DNA of 41,614 nt from a bacterium. GTDB lineage: Bacteria; JAJRZV01. Below are positions 7,283 to 17,289 of this stretch, one piece after another. Every line of letters begins with the position of its first letter. The stretch's first letter is position 1. Both the position numbers and the translations under genes were made by a program. A model generated the notes under the pieces. That model had not been told where the DNA came from. It was given only the letters and a program-made list of their open reading frames with translations, and searched no databases. The stretch spans positions 1-41,614 of the forward strand of contig JAJRZV010000046.1 in the NCBI GenBank assembly GCA_024275095.1, read 5' to 3'.

Positions 7283-9268
7283 ATGAAAGAGAATCGCCTG
7301 GTATGGATGATAACAATGGCAATTTTTATTGGTGCTTTCGCATGTTCACCTTCCAAGTCGACAACCACCGTGACTCCTCCTGGTGGAAGTACCGGTGGAG
7401 GTGGCGGTGGAGATGGCGGTGGAGGTGGCGGAGCTACCACGGCAGCCTATATTTCTCTTACCGCAACTCCGTCAACCATTTCTTCAGTCGGGACTACAAG
7501 TATTACAGCGGTGGTCCTTGATAGTACGCAATCCCCGGTGCCGGTGGGGACAGAAGTGAATTTTTCCGTGAGCCCCGATTATGCCGGGAGTGTAACTCCG
7601 GAACTCGCCACCACCACTCAATCTGGTGTCGCCTACACAACTTTTTACTCCAGTGGTCAATATAACGGTGATGTATACATTTACGCGTCTTCTGGCTCTG
7701 CACAGGCTTCCGTTAAGGTGAACATTCTACCCCCGGAGATCGCATCCATTGTATTTGTGTCTGCAGATCCCACAGTGATTGACCTTTACGGTTCAGGCGG
7801 ACAGTCAACAGCCATTGTGAAATTTCGCGTGCTGGACAGCAGTGGCAATCCGGTACAGGGGGTACCCGTATCTTTTACGCTGATAGGACCTTCGCCTTCC
7901 GGCGTTACACCCATTGAATATCTGGATCCCCTCTCTACCACAACAGATGCGAATGGATACGCACATACAGTGCTGACAAGCGGTATTATTGCAGGGCCTG
8001 CCAGAATTATCGCCACAGCGACTGATTTGAACACCGGGAAGATAATACAGGCCTCGTCCACACCTATTTCCATTGGCGGTGGAGTGCCTTCACACAAACA
8101 TTTTTCTCTTGCGGCCAAACAGCTTAACATTTCAGGCTTAAGGTGGTACGGGTTGCATGATAAGATTACTGCATTTGTTGCAGACCGGTTTTCCAATATT
8201 ATTCGCACACCGGTCACGGTTTCGTTCTTTGCCGAAGCAGGTGCCATTCAGACAAGTGCAACAACAGATCCTGACTATGGATCGGCTACTGTTGTGTTGC
8301 AGTCACAGGCTCCGTTGCCCCGAGATGAATCTCCACTACCCAAGACAGAGGCGCAGACATTTCCTCCTGATGGATACCCTGCATTCTCCACCGGGTGTGT
8401 CCAGGCATACTACGATGGCACGTGGTACTACAGGACGTTCAATCCTCGCGATGGCTACCTGCGCATTATTGCTGTAACCAAGGGCGAGGAGACATTTTTC
8501 GACTCCAACGCCAACGGAGTTTATGACCAGGGAGAGGACTGGATTGACATCGGCGAGCCGTTTATCGATGCCAATGATAACGGCATATGGGACGATGCCG
8601 AACCTTATGTGGACGGTGACGGTGACGGCCGTTTTACACCGCCGGAGCCCTTTGCAGATGCCAATGAGAACTGCTTGTATGATCCTGGTGATGAGTCCTT
8701 CACGGATCTTGACGGTGACGGAGTGTATGATTACGGAGACTCTTTTACGGATGTGAATAACAACGGCAGGTGGGATCCCGCCGAGTTTTATTTTGATGCC
8801 AATAATAACGGGAAGTACGATGGACCCAATGGCAAATGGGATTCCAACACGAGCATATGGACTGACATGAATATTATCTTTTCCGGTGGTGCATGGGTAG
8901 ATTACGATTTTTATGTGTGCAATGCAGATTGTTCGACCGGGTGCTACGTCTCGGCTCCTACTGTACCCGCTGGAAAGTGTGGGGTGATAAAAATGTTGCT
9001 TCGTGACCATAATTACAACCCTCCCCCCTTTGTGCTATCTTTTAAAATAGGCAGTGCCACTTACTGGAAAGATTACGAGTGTGGTCCCGGCTCACGTTGT
9101 GTGTTTCTTCCACTTCACGGGATGACATTTCCTTCTACAGGAACGAACCTGGCAAATGTTGAATACGATAAGATCTCGGTGGAGTGGGAAGAAGGTGACG
9201 GTGATACAATAATAAACACCTATAAGTGGGAGCTGGATGGATTGAGTGTCTGGTTTAATGTGCCCTGA
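7283..9268 (+). CDS. Large surface lipoprotein: bacterial Ig-like (invasin/intimin-type) domains plus Ca-binding DxNxNG repeats
   Basis: Lipobox-like AFAC, Thr/Gly linker, two Ig-like units (V.DS...PV.G..V.F), seven D-x-[ND]-x-[ND] repeats; GGAGG RBS before ATG 7283. Confidence 0.75.
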   Translation: MKENRLVWMITMAIFIGAFACSPSKSTTTVTPPGGSTGGGGGGDGGGGGGATTAAYISLTATPSTISSVGTTSITAVVLDSTQSPVPVGTEVNFSVSPDYAGSVTPELATTTQSGVAYTTFYSSGQYNGDVYIYASSGSAQASVKVNILPPEIASIVFVSADPTVIDLYGSGGQSTAIVKFRVLDSSGNPVQGVPVSFTLIGPSPSGVTPIEYLDPLSTTTDANGYAHTVLTSGIIAGPARIIATATDLNTGKIIQASSTPISIGGGVPSHKHFSLAAKQLNISGLRWYGLHDKITAFVADRFSNIIRTPVTVSFFAEAGAIQTSATTDPDYGSATVVLQSQAPLPRDESPLPKTEAQTFPPDGYPAFSTGCVQAYYDGTWYYRTFNPRDGYLRIIAVTKGEETFFDSNANGVYDQGEDWIDIGEPFIDANDNGIWDDAEPYVDGDGDGRFTPPEPFADANENCLYDPGDESFTDLDGDGVYDYGDSFTDVNNNGRWDPAEFYFDANNNGKYDGPNGKWDSNTSIWTDMNIIFSGGAWVDYDFYVCNADCSTGCYVSAPTVPAGKCGVIKMLLRDHNYNPPPFVLSFKIGSATYWKDYECGPGSRCVFLPLHGMTFPSTGTNLANVEYDKISVEWEEGDGDTIINTYKWELDGLSVWFNVP

Positions 9269-9335
9269 TGGTTTCCACCTGTACAGGCGTAGACAATTGA
9301 TTGTACATACGTGAACTGATATTTTTCAGAGAGAG

Positions 9336-10628
9336 ATGTATGTGTTTCTCCTTGATTTTGACGGGACCGTTTCCCGCCAGGATGTGGGTTTTTCCATACT
9401 GAACGAGTTTTCCACCGGCTCGTGGGAGGATATAGACCGTGAATTTCTTGAAGGGCGTATCGGGTCGCCGGAAGCCTACAGGCGTATTTTCAGGATTATG
9501 CGTCTCGACAAGGATAAATTAAGGGAGTATCTTCAACGTATCGACAGCATAGACCCTGCGTTCCAGGAGTTTTACCAGCTGCTGCGTGGAAAAGGGTGGG
9601 AGGCTGCCATACTGAGTGACGGGTTCGGGTTTTACATACGAGAACTCCTTAACAGGAAAGGCATAAAGGATATTCCTGTTTATTCCAACGAACTTTGCTT
9701 TAAGGAAGGCTCCATTGAACTGAATACACCCTTCAGCGTTGAGTGGTGTGATGAATGCGGAACGTGCAAACTGGAAATTCTTCGAAGGTACAAAAAACGA
9801 TATGACCGTGTAATATATGTTGGTGATGGTTATTCGGATCGCTGTGCGATCGAAGAGGCTGATGATGTGTTTTCACGCCGTACGCTCTGGAGGATATGCG
9901 CGAGTAAAAATATAGACTCCTGGTATTTTCACAACTTTCAGGATATCGCGCAGGTGTTAAACTGGAAAAAGGAACTTATAATACTTGACCTGGATGGTAC
10001 CCTGGTGGATTCAGAAGCGGCTGTTAAAAGTGCGTATGAATACGTGGCACGCGTTTTCGGTGTTGAACCGGATAGGTTTTCTGACCTCAAGAAAACCATT
10101 GGTTTGCCTTTGAAAACGGTTCTCGGTGAGGTTTTCCCTGCTCATCTTCTCGAGCAGGCGGTAAAGGTTTTCAGAAGTTATTATCAGGATATATATCTTG
10201 AGCTGACAAAGCCGCTGCCAGAGGTGGAAACATCGCTTGAGTGGTTGTGCAAACGTAATTACCGCCTGTGCGTATTAACAAACAAGCACGGCCCGTATGC
10301 CAGAGAACTGATAAGGTACTTCGGCTGGGATAAATTTATAGAGCTGACAATGGGTGAGGGCGATTCACCTTATGTGAAACCATCCGGGAACGCGCTTCTT
10401 TACCTTCTCGAGAAGGTGGGGATTGCTCCTGAAAATGCTTTGTATGTAGGTGACAGCTTGTTTGATGTGGTCACAGCGGAAAAAGCAGGTGTTGAATTTA
10501 TTGGCGTGGTGACGGGCTACACTTCCCGTGAGGAATTTATGGGACGACGCGTGAGAAGACTCTGCGGTAACCTGGCGGGGTTCGTGAGAGGATTGATGAC
10601 TGTTCACATGTTTCAGGGTCTGACATGA
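9336..10628 (+). CDS. Fusion of two HAD phosphatases (MtnX-like HAD-IB + Gph-like HAD-IA)
   Basis: Two motif I sites (DFDGT, DLDGT) and two motif IV sites (GDGYSD, GDSLFD); CDECGTCK typical of MtnX-like proteins. Confidence 0.85.
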   Translation: MYVFLLDFDGTVSRQDVGFSILNEFSTGSWEDIDREFLEGRIGSPEAYRRIFRIMRLDKDKLREYLQRIDSIDPAFQEFYQLLRGKGWEAAILSDGFGFYIRELLNRKGIKDIPVYSNELCFKEGSIELNTPFSVEWCDECGTCKLEILRRYKKRYDRVIYVGDGYSDRCAIEEADDVFSRRTLWRICASKNIDSWYFHNFQDIAQVLNWKKELIILDLDGTLVDSEAAVKSAYEYVARVFGVEPDRFSDLKKTIGLPLKTVLGEVFPAHLLEQAVKVFRSYYQDIYLELTKPLPEVETSLEWLCKRNYRLCVLTNKHGPYARELIRYFGWDKFIELTMGEGDSPYVKPSGNALLYLLEKVGIAPENALYVGDSLFDVVTAEKAGVEFIGVVTGYTSREEFMGRRVRRLCGNLAGFVRGLMTVHMFQGLT

Positions 10629-11341
10629 AGTATTATTTTATTGCTGACCTCCATATTCGACCTGGAGATACGGAGCTTCTGCAGAAACTCGATAAATTCC
10701 TTTCAGAGCTTGCACATCGAGAGCCCGGTTCTTACGTCTATTTTCTGGGCGATGTGTTCCAGTTCTTTTCACCGATAGTGAATATATCGGTATTTACGTA
10801 TGAAAGTGTGTTCAGGGTTTTGCGTCAGTATTCCAGCAGCCTGCGTATTACACTGGTAGAGGGCAACCATGAGTTTTTCCTGAACAAATGGAATGGAGCC
10901 TCAGGAGATGGTATGGAAATGAAAGCCTCTCCTCAGGTCATTCAGATAGGCGATCGTACCATTTATTTGACCCATGGCGATGAACTTGCTGGAGGTACCT
11001 TTTTCAACAGGTGCTTTCGCCGGTTTGTTAAGAGCCGTGTAATATATTCCCTGTTTTCACTGTTACCTGAACGATGGATCTGGGAATTTGCTCTGTTTCT
11101 TTCGAAGATGAGCCGTCATAAGAATTCTCGCCCTTCGACCAGGCTTATTCAATCAATGGAACGCCGGGCACTCAGACTTCTTGGCAAGTATGATGTGGTC
11201 ATTGCTGGACACAGCCATAGTCCACGTGTTGTTGAAAGGAACGGAAAGTATTACATCAACGTGGGTAGCTTTGTTGATGGGTCTGTTCTCGTTGGGGACG
11301 GCGAGAAGTTTTTCTTCACGGCAGGTGTGGTTGATGGATAA
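10625..11341 (+). CDS. lpxH: UDP-2,3-diacylglucosamine diphosphatase-like metallophosphoesterase
   Basis: ADLH, LGDVF, GNHE, THGD, GHSH calcineurin-like motifs. Confidence 0.7.
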   Translation: MKYYFIADLHIRPGDTELLQKLDKFLSELAHREPGSYVYFLGDVFQFFSPIVNISVFTYESVFRVLRQYSSSLRITLVEGNHEFFLNKWNGASGDGMEMKASPQVIQIGDRTIYLTHGDELAGGTFFNRCFRRFVKSRVIYSLFSLLPERWIWEFALFLSKMSRHKNSRPSTRLIQSMERRALRLLGKYDVVIAGHSHSPRVVERNGKYYINVGSFVDGSVLVGDGEKFFFTAGVVDG

Positions 11342-11906
11342 AGGTGTGGATGGTCCTATACTTCGAATGGCATCAGCTTTTTCTGTACCGGCTCCCGTGA
11401 AGGTCTTTTTTTCTGTGATTTTTAAAGAAAGTAAATGGCTGGCACAAGGTATTGCTTTAATTGAGAAGAGATTGAATACTACACTTGAAATCTCTTCCGC
11501 CCTTCCTTTCAATCACACCCGTTACTATGATGAAGAAATGGGTGAGGGTCTCCAGAGAGTGCTCGCATTTGCCTGCGGACTTTTTCCGAGAGTGATGCTT
11601 CCTTTTATCAAACATCTGGCACGGTCGGTGGAAGCGGATTTGGCCGAGGATGGGAAACGAAGGGTTAACATAGATCCTGGATTTATGACTCTGGAGCAGG
11701 TATGCCTTCTTACCTTTAAGAATTATTATCACAGGTTTTATCTGGGATACGGAGTTTTAGCCGAAATCACACTGATTTACCGAAAAGGCACATACAGCCC
11801 TCTTCAGTGGACTTACCCTGATTATGCAGAGAAAGAACTTATCAGAATCTTCAATGAAGCACGGCCTCAGTTTAAAACTGAGCTGGCAAAAGGAGGATGG
11901 TTGTGA
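11334..11906 (+). CDS. DUF4416 family protein (start uncertain)
   Basis: YYDEEMG, RRVNIDPG, WTYPDY motifs; sits upstream of yicC. Confidence 0.75.
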   Translation: MDKGVDGPILRMASAFSVPAPVKVFFSVIFKESKWLAQGIALIEKRLNTTLEISSALPFNHTRYYDEEMGEGLQRVLAFACGLFPRVMLPFIKHLARSVEADLAEDGKRRVNIDPGFMTLEQVCLLTFKNYYHRFYLGYGVLAEITLIYRKGTYSPLQWTYPDYAEKELIRIFNEARPQFKTELAKGGWL

Positions 11907-12778
11907 AGAGTATGACAGGGTTCGCAGTGGCTTCCAGAAAGGTGGGTGTGGAACGTGTTGATCTCACCATAAGGTCACTCAATAGTCGAAATCTGGATGT
12001 GAGAGTTTCACTTCCTGTTGCTCTTGCTCCGGTGGAGCCTATTATACGACAGCAGATTGAAAAAGTGATCAGCCGCGGGCGAGTGGATGTTCACATCAAA
12101 TGGGAACATCCGCATTTGCCAGAGAGAGCTCTGGACCTCAATCGCATTCTTCTTTTAAAGAAACAAATGGACAAAATATTCAAAGTTCTTGGAGATAATG
12201 ATGGGTGTCCACCGCACATTCTTTTTCAATTCAAGGATTTTATTCTTCATGATGAAATTTCTTCTCCTTCTCCTGCAGTTGTGGAGACCATTGTAGAGAA
12301 ATTGCTTCCTGTGGCTCTGCGTAAACTTTTACGCTACAGACAGCAGGAAGGCCAGAGGATGCAGAGAGAGGTGAAAGTACTCCTGAAGGATATTGAGGTG
12401 GCTGTTACCCGGATGAAAAAAGCAGCGGAATCTCATATGAGGCTTGCACGCAAGCGTTTTGCAGAGTCCGTGGCAACGTTGACAGGTGTGAATGATGAAG
12501 CTCTTCGTAAAAAAATTGAAGTGGAAGTTGCTACCGTGTTAACTAAAAGGGATGTCAACGAGGAGCTTGTAAGGATGAGGGCTCACATTAAGGCTTTCAA
12601 GTCTGCGATGAAGAGACGTGGACCTGTAGGCAGGGAGCTGGATTTTATCGCCCAGGAAATTCATAGAGAAGCTTCAACCATAGCCGCGAAATCTTTTACG
12701 GCCGAATTAACGCACCTGAGCGTCCGTGTGCGCACTCTTACAGACCAGCTTCGTGAAATTATCGCAAATGTGGAGTAA
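11897..12778 (+). CDS. yicC: YicC/YloC family endoribonuclease
   Basis: SMTGF, IRSLNSR, RGRVD, EELVR, GRELDFIAQE, LREIIANVE. Confidence 0.92.
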   Translation: MVVKSMTGFAVASRKVGVERVDLTIRSLNSRNLDVRVSLPVALAPVEPIIRQQIEKVISRGRVDVHIKWEHPHLPERALDLNRILLLKKQMDKIFKVLGDNDGCPPHILFQFKDFILHDEISSPSPAVVETIVEKLLPVALRKLLRYRQQEGQRMQREVKVLLKDIEVAVTRMKKAAESHMRLARKRFAESVATLTGVNDEALRKKIEVEVATVLTKRDVNEELVRMRAHIKAFKSAMKRRGPVGRELDFIAQEIHREASTIAAKSFTAELTHLSVRVRTLTDQLREIIANVE

Positions 12779-12783
12779 GAAGC

Positions 12784-13392
12784 ATGGGTGATATCCTTAA
12801 AATTATTATCTCGGCGCCTTCTGGCGCGGGTAAAACAACTCTCTGGAAGAAACTTGTGGCGGATGATCCACAAATTTACGTCTCTGTTTCATGCACAACG
12901 CGTCCCAGGCGTGAGGGGGAGGTTGATGGAAAAGATTACTATTTTATAAGTCGCGACGAGTTTCTTTCGATGATCCAGGAAGGCCGTTTGCTCGAATGGG
13001 CGGAGGTGCACGGATACTATTACGGGACCCCTGCAGAAAATGTTGACAGGGCGCTGGAGGAAGGCAAGGACATTCTTTTTGAAGTGGATGTGCAGGGCGC
13101 GCGTTCCATCAAAGAAAAACTTCCGGATGCAGTAACTATTTTTGTCCTCCCTCCCGGTGTGGGAGAGTTGAGGCAGAGGCTTGAAAGAAGGGGGCAGGAC
13201 TCACCAGACGAAATTGAGAAACGACTCACACACGCAGTGGAGGAAATACAGGCAGCAAAAGAATTTGATTATATCGTTTACAATGAAGACCTGGAAAGAG
13301 CAGCTGAAGACCTCCGGTCCATCGTTCGCGCGGAAAGATTGAAGACACTCAGAAATGAAGCGCTTATTTCGCGCGTGCTTAGGAATCAGTAA
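12784..13392 (+). CDS. gmk: Guanylate kinase
   Basis: SAPSGAGKTT, TTRPRREGEVDGKDYYF, YYGT, DVQGA. Confidence 0.97.
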   Translation: MGDILKIIISAPSGAGKTTLWKKLVADDPQIYVSVSCTTRPRREGEVDGKDYYFISRDEFLSMIQEGRLLEWAEVHGYYYGTPAENVDRALEEGKDILFEVDVQGARSIKEKLPDAVTIFVLPPGVGELRQRLERRGQDSPDEIEKRLTHAVEEIQAAKEFDYIVYNEDLERAAEDLRSIVRAERLKTLRNEALISRVLRNQ

Positions 13393-14702
13393 GTTCTTCC
13401 TCTAGGTCGGCCTACAGGATAATATTCCACCCCTTTTTGAATGATTTGTTCGCATTCCCAGATGTTTCGACCATCTATGAATATGGGTGTGCGCATTACA
13501 TTACGCGCCTTGTCCACGTCAAGGTTAACAATTTCTTCCCACGCAGTGGTGATACATGCTGCATCCACATGTTCAAGAGCTTTGTAAAGTTCGTCGAAAT
13601 AGAGCGTGTTTTCTCCAGGTGGTAGAATTTTTTCCGCGTTTTCACGTGCCTGAGGGTCATACAGGTGTACAATTGCTCCTTCATCGAGCAGTAACTTCGC
13701 CACTTTTAAGCCGGGTGATTCCCTTACGTCGTCGGTTCCGGGTTTAAAGGCCAGTCCGAGAACCGCAACGTGCTTCCCGGAGATATTCCAGAGGGCCTGC
13801 CTGACCCTGTCCACAAATGCAAGCAACCGTTCTTCATTGATACGGTCCACAGCTTTCAGCAAATCCATTGAAATCCCCAGTTCTTCACCTATTCGTATGA
13901 AAGCTTTGACATCCTTGGGAAGGCACGAGCCCCCGTATCCGATTCCCGCTTCCAGGAATTTGTCTCCTATGCGTTCATCCAGCCCCATGCCCTTTGTGAC
14001 GACTTTTACGTCTGCGCCTGTTTTTTCGCATATGTCAGCCAACAAATTGGCGTAAGCAATTTTCATGGCCAGAAAGGAGTTTGAAGCATGTTTGATCAGT
14101 TCAGCGCTCGCTATATCAGTGACGATGATGGGACAGTTAAAATTTTCGTAAAGTTTAAGGAGGATATTTCGTGCCCGCTCAGAAGAGACACCGATAACAA
14201 TGCGATCCGGCTGCATGAAATCGTGGATGGCTGAACCTTCACGTAGAAATTCCGGATTGGAGGCTACATCAAATTCCACCGGTTTTTTCAGATTCAGGCG
14301 GATGGTGCGTTCAATCCAGTAGCTGGTTTTTACCGGAACGGTGCTTTTTTCCACTATTATGCGGTAGGCATTGAGGTTTTCAGCAATGTCACGTGATGCC
14401 TGTTCAATCTGGGACAAATCCGCGCTCCCATTTTCCCGTGGTGGTGTACCTACACAGATGAAAATTACTTCAGATGCAGCGACAATTTCTGATGTATCAA
14501 GTGTGAAGTGGAGCCCTCCTTTCTCCAGGCATTTTTTCAGCATGTCTTCAAGGCCGGGTTCAAAAAACGGTGCTTTACCCTGTCGCAGCAACCCTATTCT
14601 GTCGGGGTCTTTGTCCGCTATGAAAACCTCATGTCCCAGATGAGAAAAGCACACACCGGTTGTGAGCCCGACATATCCTGCTCCTATGACACCTATCTTC
14701 AT
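13386..14702 (-). CDS. ugd: UDP-glucose/GDP-mannose dehydrogenase family protein
   Basis: GAGYVG, KSTVP, SNPEFLREG, GYGGSCLPKD, LAFKPGTDD. Confidence 0.93.
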   Translation of the reverse strand: MKIGVIGAGYVGLTTGVCFSHLGHEVFIADKDPDRIGLLRQGKAPFFEPGLEDMLKKCLEKGGLHFTLDTSEIVAASEVIFICVGTPPRENGSADLSQIEQASRDIAENLNAYRIIVEKSTVPVKTSYWIERTIRLNLKKPVEFDVASNPEFLREGSAIHDFMQPDRIVIGVSSERARNILLKLYENFNCPIIVTDIASAELIKHASNSFLAMKIAYANLLADICEKTGADVKVVTKGMGLDERIGDKFLEAGIGYGGSCLPKDVKAFIRIGEELGISMDLLKAVDRINEERLLAFVDRVRQALWNISGKHVAVLGLAFKPGTDDVRESPGLKVAKLLLDEGAIVHLYDPQARENAEKILPPGENTLYFDELYKALEHVDAACITTAWEEIVNLDVDKARNVMRTPIFIDGRNIWECEQIIQKGVEYYPVGRPRGRTY

Positions 14703-14741
14703 AAAATCCTCCTTGCTCAGTGAATTCAGGACATCATACTT

Positions 14742-15689
14742 TTAGCCTTGAGAGGTTGTTTCCTCAAGCATTTTTTCGATCACCGGGAACATCATCTTTG
14801 GAGGTATACGCTTTCTGCATCGCAGAAACAGAAGGCAGCGCTTGCGACCGTAAGGGGAACATGGACTGCAATCCATACCTGACCATACATATCTACTGGG
14901 AGGAAGGTGCGGGGTGAAGCCGAGAGAAGGGGCTGTTGACGTGTATATGACCATTACAGGAGTGCCCACCGCTTCTGAAAGATGTGCGAGCCCTGAATCG
15001 TTGCATATACATATCATCGCCTTTTGAAGAATACCTGCTATTTCGGGAAGCGACTGACTGCTGATAATGTCAACGTTACCTGTATACCTGAAATGCGGCT
15101 CTAACTTCTCATCTCCCTTGCCGAATACAATCACCACGTGTAATCCTTTTTCAACAAGCATTTTTGCTATGGAAGCGAAATGTTCGGGTGCATACTGTTT
15201 GGAAGGCCATTTTGCTCCAGGTGCAATGACTGCGTAAGCTTTATCCCTGGTTGATTTGTTTTCACGTGAAAGGATGATTCGAGGTCTGTAACCTTTTTCA
15301 TAAGCCTCTTCGTGATACCGTCTGAGTACATGTTGCGGACGAAAGTATTTCCCTCTGGTGAGCACGTGCAACCATCGTTGCCACCGTGCTGATTTCCAGA
15401 TGTGCAACTTTCCTTCTTTCTCTATGAGTAGCTGTTTGCGAATGCGCCTGGATAATCGGGTGGAATGAAGGTCAAGTACGAGGTGAAATTGCTTGAAGTA
15501 TGATTCCACTTCTTTACCATGGACATTAACAGCACCGTCCAATCTCGGATCTGATGAAAGGAGTGGGATGTATTCACTGCCGGTGAAAAATGTTACTGAG
15601 TAGTCTCTATCGCGAAGGTAATCTACAACCATGGTACTCAAAACTACATCTCCCAGAGAACTGGCTCGGATTACGGCTGCACGTTTCAT
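14742..15689 (-). CDS. Glycosyltransferase family 9 (heptosyltransferase-like)
   Basis: SSLGDVV, NDSGLAHLS, CSPCS; ATG 15689 overlaps upstream stop (ATGA). Confidence 0.85.
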   Translation of the reverse strand: MKRAAVIRASSLGDVVLSTMVVDYLRDRDYSVTFFTGSEYIPLLSSDPRLDGAVNVHGKEVESYFKQFHLVLDLHSTRLSRRIRKQLLIEKEGKLHIWKSARWQRWLHVLTRGKYFRPQHVLRRYHEEAYEKGYRPRIILSRENKSTRDKAYAVIAPGAKWPSKQYAPEHFASIAKMLVEKGLHVVIVFGKGDEKLEPHFRYTGNVDIISSQSLPEIAGILQKAMICICNDSGLAHLSEAVGTPVMVIYTSTAPSLGFTPHLPPSRYVWSGMDCSPCSPYGRKRCLLFLRCRKRIPPKMMFPVIEKMLEETTSQG

Positions 15690-16729
15690 ACGTGAATGCC
15701 TCTGATAAAGTGGTAACATGCTTCAAGAACCGCATCGGGAGCAATTTCTTTCATGCATCGATGATGAGTGAGTGGACAGGCAGATGGACCATGGGGATTA
15801 CACGGACGACACGAAAGCTCTGTTTGGACAATCCGGTGGCGTCTGCCCAGGGGAGTAAATCCCAGCAACGGTGATGTTGGACCGTATATTACCACCTGGG
15901 GTTTATTAAACAACCCTGCAATATGAGCCGGTGCCGAGTCACCGCTGATGACGAGGGATGCTGATTTTATCAGGTACAGGAGGTCGTTGATACGGGTTTC
16001 ACCTGCAAGATTGTATACCTCAGATGGTGAACCGGCCTTTTCAATTATGCTGTGGCACAATGGATACTGTTCGGCCGTACCCAGTAACAGAACTTGATAA
16101 CCGGTGGAAGCAAGGTTTTTTGTCACCTCTGCATAACCCTCAGCAGTCCAGTTCTTGGAAGCCCACTGTGTTGAGGGAAATATAAGCACGGGTTTCGAGA
16201 ATTGTTCCCAGCGTTTTTTCATTTCGTTCTCGTCGAACGGAAGGTACCTCAACTCTGAAAGTTCGGACAGTGGCGGGGTGGTTACGTTCAATGTATGTAA
16301 AAGAGAGAGCATTCGTTCTGCTTCGTGTTTTTGTTTCGACCAGAGTGCTCGGTGAGAAAGGAGAAAGGGAAGGCCCGCATTGTGAAATCCCACGCGCACC
16401 TGTGCGCCCGACGCGAGGGCGACCAGGGTGCTCCTGGTGCTTCGATGGGGGATGATGGCCATCTGTGGCGATTGGTCTTTGAGTTTTGCAAACCATTCTG
16501 TTTTCCAGAACAATGCTGTTTTGTCATCTGGCAGCACCTGAACCCGCGGATAATTTTGCAGGAGATCTGTAGCAAAAGGTCGAGCGAGAACAGATAAAGT
16601 TGCGGATGGCCAGACGTCCAGGAGGGCATTGATAAGGGGCAATGTGAGGATAAGGTCTCCGAGAAAGGCTGTCTGGATCAGCAGAATGTGCTGTGGTGAT
16701 GAGACTGGAAAAGTGTGTTTTTTCACCAT
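15686..16729 (-). CDS. Glycosyltransferase family 9 (WaaF-like heptosyltransferase)
   Basis: QTAFLGDLIL, GDSAPAHIA, YGPT, CRPC...CP...HRCM. Confidence 0.88.
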   Translation of the reverse strand: MVKKHTFPVSSPQHILLIQTAFLGDLILTLPLINALLDVWPSATLSVLARPFATDLLQNYPRVQVLPDDKTALFWKTEWFAKLKDQSPQMAIIPHRSTRSTLVALASGAQVRVGFHNAGLPFLLSHRALWSKQKHEAERMLSLLHTLNVTTPPLSELSELRYLPFDENEMKKRWEQFSKPVLIFPSTQWASKNWTAEGYAEVTKNLASTGYQVLLLGTAEQYPLCHSIIEKAGSPSEVYNLAGETRINDLLYLIKSASLVISGDSAPAHIAGLFNKPQVVIYGPTSPLLGFTPLGRRHRIVQTELSCRPCNPHGPSACPLTHHRCMKEIAPDAVLEACYHFIRGIHV

Positions 16730-17032
16730 GATGAGAGTATATGCGAACGGAAGTATTAAGTGAAAGGGGCGATTGAATATGGTGCAAAGGCAACAGGCCG
16801 TCTGGTTTGGGTGATTTCGCCGGTTGAGCCATCAAATAAAATCTTTGTCTATTGGTACATTACGGCATTTCTGGGTGTTAAACTCCATATTCCGGTGAAA
16901 ACGCACATGTGCGGGCTGTCTCTGGTGGGGCATAATTTCCGTTGTAGATTATGTAAGTGCTTTAGAATGCTGTAAAAGTAGATTTTTGACACAGTATTTT
17001 TTCATAATTTTTTCATATCTTTTGGAGGGGTA

Positions 17033-17048
17033 TGGTACACAAATTGCA
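17033..17048 (+). promoter_or_regulatory. Putative sigma54 (-24/-12) promoter of the hydrogenase operon
   Basis: TGGTACACAAATTGCA: GG-N10-GC, close to consensus TGGCACG-N4-TTGCW; AT-rich upstream. Confidence 0.65.
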
Positions 17049-17103
17049 AAGTTTACAGATAGATACCGGCAAGGATGTGATAGAGTGGAAAAAAAGTATT
17101 ACC

Positions 17104-17149
17104 TTGATTTTCGCCGAAATGTCAAATATATTATAAAAAAATTTTATAA
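17104..17149 (+). promoter_or_regulatory. Putative sigma70 promoter with overlapping palindromes
   Basis: TTGATT (17104)-17 nt-TATATT (17127); imperfect palindrome TTGATTTTCGCCGAAATGTCAA; palindrome TTATAAAA-AAA-TTTTATAA (17131-17149). Confidence 0.45.
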
Positions 17150-17289
17150 AAAACGAATGAAGCTCTGTCAAACACCTATTGTTCTCGTTCCACTTAATAT
17201 CGACAACTCGATGGATTCTTGTTGCGTGATAGAAATGCCGGGCGTGTTCGACAGTTTTTTAACTATCTTAGATATAAAGGGAGGGTATC

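Noticed and set aside
6935-7521. Short ORFs over the repeat region and the poly-WR / poly-Pro ORFs
   Set aside because: By-products of the DNA repeat and of the GGN Gly linker read in other frames; no RBS or homology signal
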